A DNA stretch of 61,051 nucleotides, the filler included, from Sphacelaria rigidula (Eukaryota), in NCBI GenBank assembly GCA_964200075.2. It is 10 parts of 10 records of this genome, joined end to end, with 100 filler letters (N's around TTAATTAATTAA, not from the genome) between each part and the next. Parts side by side here need not be neighbours in the genome. Positions count along the whole stretch, not along the records: positions 48,924 to 54,937 come from CAXNAA020022786.1; positions 55,038 to 61,051 come from CAXNAA020022787.1; 8 more parts are not named here. One strand, given 5' to 3'. The notes under the pieces were generated by a model. That model was not told the origin of the DNA. It saw only the letters and a program-made list of their open reading frames with translations, and did no database searches. Shown here piece after piece: positions 52,590-61,051 of the stretch; positions within the stretch are counted from its first letter, which is position 1, and the number at the start of each line of letters is the position of its first letter. The position numbers were made by a program, and so were the translations under genes.

Positions 52590-54157
52590 TTCGAAGACCC
52601 GCAGAGAATCGACATTCTAGACAAACAACGAACGATAATCACAATCGCGAACCAATCACTAGTTTTACGAATCACCGTGTGTTGGACCCCTCTGCCTTCC
52701 TCGCTGACAAACCTTGCTGGTGAAACCAGCGCTGTTCGGCTCGACAACGGCCAAACGCTTTCACGGGTGCTTCGAAATAGTAGAATGAGTGCGATGCTTG
52801 GGTATATTTCGGTCCATCTCGAGTGAAGAACTTGTCATTCAGTCCTCACGTCGGCCGAGTCTGCCCTCTAACTTCGTAACGAACCCATCTGTAGAGCCGT
52901 CACACCGACCATCGTACCCAGACAACGCATCATTGCCCTTCAGTGCCCATATTTATGGGACGGGCGTGTGAGAAGGCCATCAGTCGAGGGTCGTCATACA
53001 AGAGGATACCCTGAACTGTACGGGCCCATCACCTTGCCCGGATTTTGGTCCGATCTTCGTCTTCTATTTTTGGTCAGTTTTCGGTTGAAAGCATATCTTG
53101 TCTTCATTCGGTGCTCGGTTCGTACGAATGAAAACAAATAACCGAGCCCGGAAATGGCCCCACACCCCCTTTCGAAGCTCCGCAGAGAATCGACATTCTA
53201 GACAAACAACGAACGATAATCACAATCGCGAACCAATCACTAGTTTCACGTATCACCGTGTGATGGACCCCTCTGCCTTCCTCGCGGACAAACCTTGCTG
53301 GTGAAACCAGCGCTGTTCGGCTCGACAACGGCCAAACGCTTTCACGGGTGCTTCGAAATCGTAGAATGAGTGCGATGCTTGGGTATATTTCGGTCCATCT
53401 CGAGTGAAGAACTGGTCATTCAGTCCTCACGTCGGCCGAGCCTGCCCTCTAACTTCGTAACGAACCCATTTGTAGAGCCGTCACACCAACCATTATACCC
53501 AGACAACGCATCATTGCCCTTCAGTGCCCATATTTATGGGACGGGCGTGTGAGAAGGCCATCAGTCGAGGGTCGTCATACAAGAGGATACCCTGAACTGT
53601 ACGGGCCCATCACCTTGCCCGGATTTTGGTCCGATCCTCGTCTTCTATTTTTGGTCAGTTTTCGGTTGAAAGCATATCTCGTCTTCATTCGGTGCTCGGT
53701 TCGTACGAATGAAAACAAATAACCGAGCCCGAAAATGGCCCCACACCCCCTTTCGAAGCTCCGCAGGGAATCAACATTCTAGACAAACAACGAACGATAA
53801 TCACAATCGCGAACCAATCACTAGTTTTACGAATCACCGTGTGATGGACTCCTCTGCCTTCCTCGCTGACAAACCTTGCTGGTGAAACCAGCGCTGTTCG
53901 GCTCGACAACGGCCAAACGCTTTTACGGAAGCTTCGAAATCGTAGAATGAGTGCGATGCTTGGGTATATTTCGGTCCATCTTGAGTGAAGAACTGGTCAT
54001 TCAGTCCTCACGTCGGCCGAGTCTGCCCTCTAACTTCGTAACGAACCCATTTGTCAAGCCGTCACACCGACCATCGTACGCAGACAACGCATTATTGCCC
54101 TTCAGTGCCCATATTTATGGGACGGGCGTGTGAGAAGGCCATCAGTCGAGGGTCGTC
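52590..54157. repeat. 581-bp tandem repeat, 2.7 highly similar units
   Basis: Equivalent positions 52590/53171/53752; the ORF track repeats at 52789/53370/53951. Confidence 0.95.
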
Positions 54158-54158
54158 T

Positions 54159-54395
54159 TGTCACGTCCCACCCTTCTAGTCGCCACGCGGAGATTTTGAA
54201 GGAAACGGGCACGGCATGCCAGACAGAATGCGTATCGCGCTTCGAATCCTCCGTTTGGGATCATGCAGAATGTGTATCGCTGAGACTCTGAGGGGTGGGG
54301 TGTGTCGCGGGATCTCGTACCACCGTTTTCACACTTTTACCGTGAATGCCTGAAGTGTATTACACATTATTTCTTCCTCTTTTCGCGACGTGACT
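54159..54395. mobile_element. Possible solo LTR terminating the tandem array
   Basis: Starts TGTCACGTC and ends GACGTGACT (near-perfect terminal inverted repeat); no TSD seen. Confidence 0.35.
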
Positions 54396-57094
54396 AGGAA
54401 CCGCGTCTCGCGCATTTACCTCCGCCGCTCGTGCAATCCAATTCGGTCACAATTTTCGAGTCTAGACCAGGTCAACAGGCTGCACGTGATCGCGAAACAA
54501 GGCCAAGACGTCGCCTATCCGGATACTCCCGTCTGGGGGAGGTATAAAATAGACGACACTCCGGAGGACGCCCTTCATTTTATCGACCATGTTGTAGAGG
54601 AACAGTCTATCCACCTCTTTTTGGCAGCTACCAACAAACAACTGAGGAAAATGTTTGTGAGCCTGGCAAGGAGACGTGTAAAACGTGTAAAGCAAAGGCG
54701 GCGTTATACCTAGAAGCGGCGGAAACATGCCCATTTTTCTACATCACGTGGGAAGCAACGGTCTATGGTGAGGCCATAGACATTTGTCGCAGGTTCCCCA
54801 TGTACCACTTGCCGCCGCTGTAGGCAGCGAAGGCGGAGATAAGCACGCTCTCATTGCTTGTGTATCAACACCTCGTGTGCGGAGCAGTAGATTAGCGGCG
54901 AAGAAGCCTGTAGTCATTGGTGCCGGGGATCTTATTGNNNNNNNNNNNNNNNNNNNNNNNNNNNNNNNNNNNNNNNNNNNNTTAATTAATTAANNNNNNN
55001 NNNNNNNNNNNNNNNNNNNNNNNNNNNNNNNNNNNNNTATGGCTTTGTTTTGGTGGTTGTCTTTGGCGGGGGGGGGGTGGGGGGGGGGGGGGGGGGGGGG
55101 GGTATGAGGGGTCGGCGAGGGACTTGCCCAACAATGGAAGCTGACAGAGTCGGTAAACCGCTGTGAATAAGTTCCTGTGCGATGGAGGAGTATCACGCCA
55201 ACACAAGAAGTCATCGCAAGTGTTGGGAAAGCACGGTCTTGGGGCTGATGCCTCATTTTTGCAGTCAACCTGATCTCTGCAATCGGCTGTTGTTAAGGTG
55301 GACGTGGGGACACCCTGAGATAACGCCGCACCGCTTTATACTGCGTTGCCATCACGAGCACAGCCGACGTAAAGACATAGGCTTGACATATCATCTGCCT
55401 GACGAACGTGGTGCGCGCCAGGGCACCGGTGGTTGCGACGCCCGCTGCATACGTGCTTCGACAGTCCAACCTTACAGCTACCAGCAATCATGATGCACAT
55501 CTACAGACCGCACGATACGGGCGCTGCAAATACAGTCTCACGCGAAAACAAAAAGAGTCAAGTCAACTGCCAAGATTCCCGCATACAAAAATCATACGCA
55601 CCTCATGTATCTTCCGACGGTTCAACAGGGTTTGGTACTGTATTTTCAGTACAAATCAAGGGTTATTTTGCTTGTGGATTTTTCCGCCGTGTCTATTCTA
55701 ACAAGCCTGAAACTTGGCACAGAGGTAGACCACAACACAGACAGCATATTCCCGGAGCGACGGCACATTTTACGTGGTGCGCTAGACGCACGAAGCAAAA
55801 TACGGATTTTGGGCAATGCCATTTATACGCCCTCAAAACGCAATCCCCTCGACCCAGACTGCGTGAGACGTCAGTGGATGCATATTTTGACACGCAGAAA
55901 CGCTCACTTCCTGCTGGGTGGCTCCTGCCCCGGCGAACGAACACGTCGATCCGTATTGCGCACACTCTGGATGATGTCATTCTACGCGGTACCAATCTCG
56001 GTATCGCCTATAGAGGTGCTCACTTCAGGAGACACGGCCGTTCAAGCGCTGATAGTGGTTTTACGTGCTGAAACTTCGACCACATGTCATGTAGACTACA
56101 GACACCAATCCCATCTTGCTGAATCTGGAGTTGCGCGGTGTGTGCGTGCGTATTGGGGCGAAAAAATATCGGATTCTGTTCCGTTTCTTTTTTTTCTTTT
56201 CTTTTGGCGTAAGACTGAATGACACAGGCGGATCAGGGTGCAACGCGTGTTGCAGCCCGATACCGACGGCGCCGGGGTGCGCGGTCACTTTTTCTGCGGG
56301 TCAATCAACGTGCCCTGAAGGTGTCCATGTCCCGAACAGTGTACAGAATTGTAGCCAACAGCACGCGACGTAACCCCTTCGTGTATACTGACACTCGCAG
56401 ACAGTATTTTGCGGTGCAGTAAGTGCAGCACAACGCCTGCTGTACTGTATTCCACTGCAGATACAGTGCAATAAATAGTGTACATCAAATACAGTACAGT
56501 AAACACAGAAACGAGCGGCGGTGCATGGCAGTGTTTATATTGAAGTTTAGGAAGAAGCTGCTGCAAATGTCAAACTTTACACGGTTCAACCTTACCACCA
56601 GGGGTGCCTGCGGATGATCATGTCGCGATTGTTGTGCCCCTGACTAAACCATTTAACGCAATTATTTTTCCCATGGAATCTATACATGATGGACAACGCC
56701 GTCTCCGTGCTGCAGACCCGGTTGGACCTGCGTGGTCGCCACACATCTACCTAACTTTCCCTCCGCAGGTTAGGGTGCACAGCAACAGTGTTCTTACCAC
56801 CCAACGCGGTAATTTGTCACTTGAACGTCAATTTTTTCAGTCATAAAGCAGCACCGACGCTACTGCCTTGTTCAAATCTTCGCAGTGATGTCGCGTGTCG
56901 AACCTGCACTCCTTGGTGTGGAGCTCCCCGGCCGTGTGAAGTAAACCTACATTGCGGCTGGTTCCACCTGAGTTCTTATACTGTGACTCTTGTATGCGGA
57001 TTTTCATCTTTCATGATTTTTCTTTCTTTCGGCGCAACACTGCCAATATCTATTGCCCACTTCGAGAGCAAATGCGTACTAGAAGTTCACGACA

Positions 57095-57394
57095 GCTTCG
57101 CTTTTTTCGCACTTCGAACCCCTTCCCTTCCTCGGGGTGAGTACGTGGTCGCAAGGGATCAACCCACCTCTCCCCCGGTACGCGCCATACATTTTGGTCT
57201 CGCGGATTGGGTCAGCACTCCCGCACCGCGCCAACTAACGCCACACAAATCCAGTCGACTACTTTGTTTACTCATGTTCTCACGCTTTCCGAAGTGGAAA
57301 TCATACATGTTGAAGACAAAACCCAACGCACTGGGAATCGAATCCTCGTTCTCTCCACCCTCATGGCGATAGTCGGACCATTGCACCACCGGGG
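57095..57394 (-). mobile_element. tRNA-derived SINE, family A
   Basis: Reverse-complement homolog of 22424-22720 with A-box TGGTGCAATGG and B-box GATTCGATTCC. Confidence 0.75.
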
Positions 57395-58449
57395 CGCGGC
57401 GGTTGCGGTAGGAGTTTTCATAGTAGTCACTGTTTCACTTGACACCATGCTCGCTTCAGCCCAAATTCCAGTACCATGCCCACCCCGGTGTATTGTGATA
57501 TAGATAGAGTAGCTAATGCATTGGCTGGGATCTCCCAGTATGAGTGCCAGGGGATACCATAGTTCCAGCTCACCAAGCTCCCAACGTGGGCACAATCTCA
57601 AAGCTTAGCTATCCATTATGCACACAATAAGTTCTTTACTTATACTACTGAGAGCATGGAGACTCACATGTTGGTAGCATCATGGTACACCTACGAGCAG
57701 CTCTCTAACTCAGTACAGCCGAGGTGCAGCCATAGGAGCAGAGCGTGGCGATGCGTCAGCGTAGTAGAAGTGACTAGGAAAGCGAGCAAGGCCAGCCAAA
57801 AAGTGTCAAGGGTGGGGCCTGCGACTTCTAGCCGCGCTCAAGAACCCACGATAATAACGATAACAAACGCGATACAACGTGTCACGAAACTCAGGGTCTA
57901 CGAGGAGACCCGCACATCTTGATATCTTGCAACGCCTCATCATAGCATCCTTCCCGAGAATATGTTCTCGTATTTTGAACACGTGATACTCGAAGATCAC
58001 GTTCCGAACCTCACATCATCGGTGAGCATTTCCTCGACAACTACGATGAACCAGGCACCCCAATATTTGTCCTGGTGGTAGCTTGCGAATACTGTTCGCT
58101 CCAGTGAGGATGGATGAAAGCGAAACATTCCAGCCATGATTTTCTACTCGAACACGTTCTGGTAGTAGACTCGGAGTAGATTGTTAGCCCTGTCGCCCTA
58201 TGCGTGTGAACCCGGCAGCCTTGGAACTATGCACTTGCTCTTCTGCTTTACTCGCTTAAAAGGCCAAAGCGACCGCTGGAACCTAGGGTCAACAATGTCC
58301 AGTTGTACCGATGGATGAGTCGCAGGCTGCTCCAGACGATGAGCCTGAACGCGCTTGAACTCCCACGGCAACCGCTGAAGCCCTGAGTGAATAATGTCAA
58401 CCTTCACCGGCGGAGGGCACGCGGGCGACTCCAAACGACGGACCCCGAC

Positions 58450-59039
58450 ACTTCTTGGTTGTCTCAAGTCCACCATGAAGTCATCAGCACAGCCATTACA
58501 AAATTTCGCCGCACTACTTCCTGGCCAACCGTGCGACGGCCGCCTGCTGCAACCCTTGCGAGCACTCCTCCTATATGCAACATTCAACATCTCAGCACTG
58601 GCATGCTGTGAGCAGAATCTTGCTGTCGTCTCTCCCGCGATAGCGAAGGAAGGCTACTTGTCACAGCCCTCTTGAACACATTTCTTGCTCGCGACGTGCA
58701 CCATTCCGTCCTCAGCACGCCGCACGCAGTATCGTGACTTTTTTGTTCCCTTGAATCCGTACGATGGCCCCTTTGTGCATCCAGTATATGGGCACCTCCT
58801 TGATTTTTTGCAATGGCAACCATTCCTTCTTTGGCGTGCCCCATGCAGAACAGCGGCTGAGTGGTCCGTGCTGGTCCGTACGATGGATAATTCATGCATC
58901 CCACGCTGTAGCACTTCTTATTGACAACGTCCAGCGTACCGCGCTTCGCGTGGCGAACACAGAACTCCGGCATTCGAGTGTCTGGTCGACCGTACGATGC
59001 TCACGTAGAGCAATCGACGTGGCAGCACAAGCGAGGCAT
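58450..59039 (-). pseudogene. EsV-1-7 cysteine-rich repeat protein, ~5 repeats, disrupted
   Basis: Repeats of C...GC...PS[YF]G..G.....[FY]C..HA..GMV.V..K.C (e.g. CYSVGCMNYPSYGPARTTQPLFCMGHAKEGMV; CPYTGCTKGPSYGFKGTKKSRYCVRRAEDGMVHVASKKC). ATG at 59039; two in-frame stops and a frameshift near 58805. Confidence 0.88.
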
Positions 59040-60809
59040 GTTACTAGAAAAGAAAAAACAAAAACAGTCGTCTTCAGTAAATACCGCACAGAACCCGACC
59101 TCGTGAGAATCCGGCGACGGCGCAGAGGTCGCGTGTGTAAGATCCGTGGGAAGCCCTACGCTGTCGGGGTGCACTTTCTAGCTGGAGACGTGGCGCCCTG
59201 ATATTGCTATACGGGTTCCACCCCACAAAGCCCTCCCAATCCGAATGTTGTGACCCGCTCACGTTCCCTTCTGGTAACGCTTCGACCTGCAGAGCACCGT
59301 GCACACACATGTTAGACGAAAGCACGGTCATGAGCACGGTAGTGCATGGGCGTATGCCCATGTTGAGGAATGAAAGAAGCCCAGTTTCCTGGTTTTTCAA
59401 AGGGACAAATGTTTACCGTTCTTTGAGACACCTCATACGGCTCCGCCTTGTTTTGCACCAACTTGTTGTTGTTGTATTCACATTCAAAAATCGTTCCGGT
59501 ATCTGCGCAGTGCTGTACTGGGCATCTGACTCGGACGTCTTCCGTGGTCACAGGCTACCACCCGATGCAAGGGAAAAAGGAAAATCAGGAAATAAAATCG
59601 GACCCACGAAAAATTTACACAGACGCGATACAAGAAAAACGAAACAAAACAAAAAACAAAAAACAAAAACGTGAAAAGAAAAAGAAAGAAGAAACCTATC
59701 CTTGGACCTCTGAGAGGATAGTTATGCGTATGCATAAACTAGGCAAACCAGAAAGGGCGCCACATGACACCGCCCACTACATGCATGAAACGCCTGTGCT
59801 CACAAGGTGCACTTTTTACGCTTATTTTAATAATAGATGTGGAACCAAACGCGGCACTCGTCCGCACTGTAAGCTCACAATGCCAAAACGCGTCCAAATA
59901 TTGAGGAAATTTCAATGTTCTGATTTACACGAATTTGTCGTTCCCAGTGTTTTCGAACGCAGCACATCGCAGATGTGACTTTATTGGGGTTGAGGACTTC
60001 TGTACAGCTCATGATCTGCTGTTTTAGCAAGGAAGGTGCAGCCCAAGGCTTCGAATCTCAGCACGATGCAACGTTAAAGGTTGCCTGATTGGAACGTCAG
60101 CGTTTTCATGCCAACACTTGGAGCAGGTAAGGCAACATGTCTGCGGATACACCGCTCCATGCTCCAATATGCGATGTTGACGCCCGCTCATGCCATAGCA
60201 ACACACGTACCATATCTGTGTGCACCACGAGTTTTCGATAGTGGACATTTGCAAGATGTTACAGTACTCAAATTAGGGAGTAAAAAACTGTAATCAAAAT
60301 AAATTATACTAATGATATAGGGACCGGTGCCGCACGTGATCATTCGGACTACTGGAGACAGAGCCCAGCGCTTCCACTCGATACGCAAACCCAACCAGAA
60401 GTAGAGCCAAGCTCAAGAACCACAGATCACCAAGCGTTGCGATGAAATCGCATGGTTCTATCCTCGTACCTCTGCTGCGCCGGGGTGCATTGCCCGCCGG
60501 GTTTACGCCGGTCATGCCCTTTCACCACCCATCCCCACACATGCCTGGGAGGTCTCAACGAGCCAAGGTATATCTGTTACTTGTGTGCTCAATTCCCAAG
60601 ACAGGATAATGCCACCCCACATCCTCATCATGCTGCGGTATTCAACAGCCTGGACTCGTTGTTGAGGTTCAACGGACCATTGAAATTTCATTTATTTTGT
60701 TCAGAAGGCTCGGGATTTGCAACCGGTTTCGACCATGTGCCCCCAACCCAGAAGTTTCTACACGGCAGTTGAAGCATGATGAGGGCCCTTCTTAACGAAG
60801 GAGATAATC

Positions 60810-61000
60810 CTCTTTTTTCAAAATTCCCTTTTCGAAAATCGATCGGTGATTGGTCGCTGCGATAACACCTCCCCCAAAAAACAAAATCCCCTCGACGTGA
60901 ACCGAAATCCTCTCTGGAGAGGGGATTTCAGGAAGTGCAGTTTTTGCAGTGCAGTGCAAAAACACTTCCTGAAATCCCCTTTTCAAAAGGGGATTTCTGG
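60810..61000. repeat. Cluster of short hairpins (GAAATCCCC/GGGGATTTC), probable TE subterminal repeats
   Basis: gaaatcctctctggagaggggatttc and gaaatccccttttcaaaaggggatttc. Confidence 0.45.
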
Positions 61001-61051
61001 ACACCTCGAAGGGTAACATGCGTGTCCGGTTAACAGGGGCACATGCAAAGG

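Noticed and set aside
58990..59010. C>T-type stop codons in pseudogenes as evidence of methylation- or RIP-like mutagenesis
   Set aside because: Too few sites, ancestral codons are only inferred, and transitions are the commonest route to stops anyway.
58450..59039. Integrated phaeovirus genome segment
   Set aside because: No other viral hallmark genes on the contig, and EsV-1-7 repeats are common in host genes.
40978..59039. Defence island combining ZNFX1-like, EsV-1-7 and sirtuin genes
   Set aside because: They lie on different, artificially joined contigs.

Overview
This window is not one locus. It is ten unrelated eukaryotic contigs of 6014-6016 bp, sorted by size and joined by an artificial 100-nt spacer (N44-TTAATTAATTAA-N44). 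The source is most likely a brown alga or other stramenopile (inferred from EsV-1-7 repeats, short exons in long introns, and the repeat content). Host gene fragments: the last exon of a PP2C phosphatase, three 3' exons of a SIRT4/SRT2-class sirtuin (one GC donor), five exons of an acidic low-complexity protein, a frameshifted ZNFX1-like helicase and an EsV-1-7 pseudogene. Mobile DNA: an internally deleted Ty3/Gypsy element with both LTRs and a 4-bp TSD, a Ty1/Copia RT-RNase H, a decayed Academ(X)-like transposon with a second fragment on another contig, a mariner transposase folded back into a long hairpin, tRNA-derived SINEs, MITE-like foldbacks, and 150-bp and 581-bp tandem repeats. Best leads: the Academ-like element, the intronic mariner hairpin, the ZNFX1-like gene, the EsV-1-7 gene with a possible nuclease remnant, and a short motif recurring between poly-G tracts. 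All family calls come from motif recognition by eye; no searches were run.
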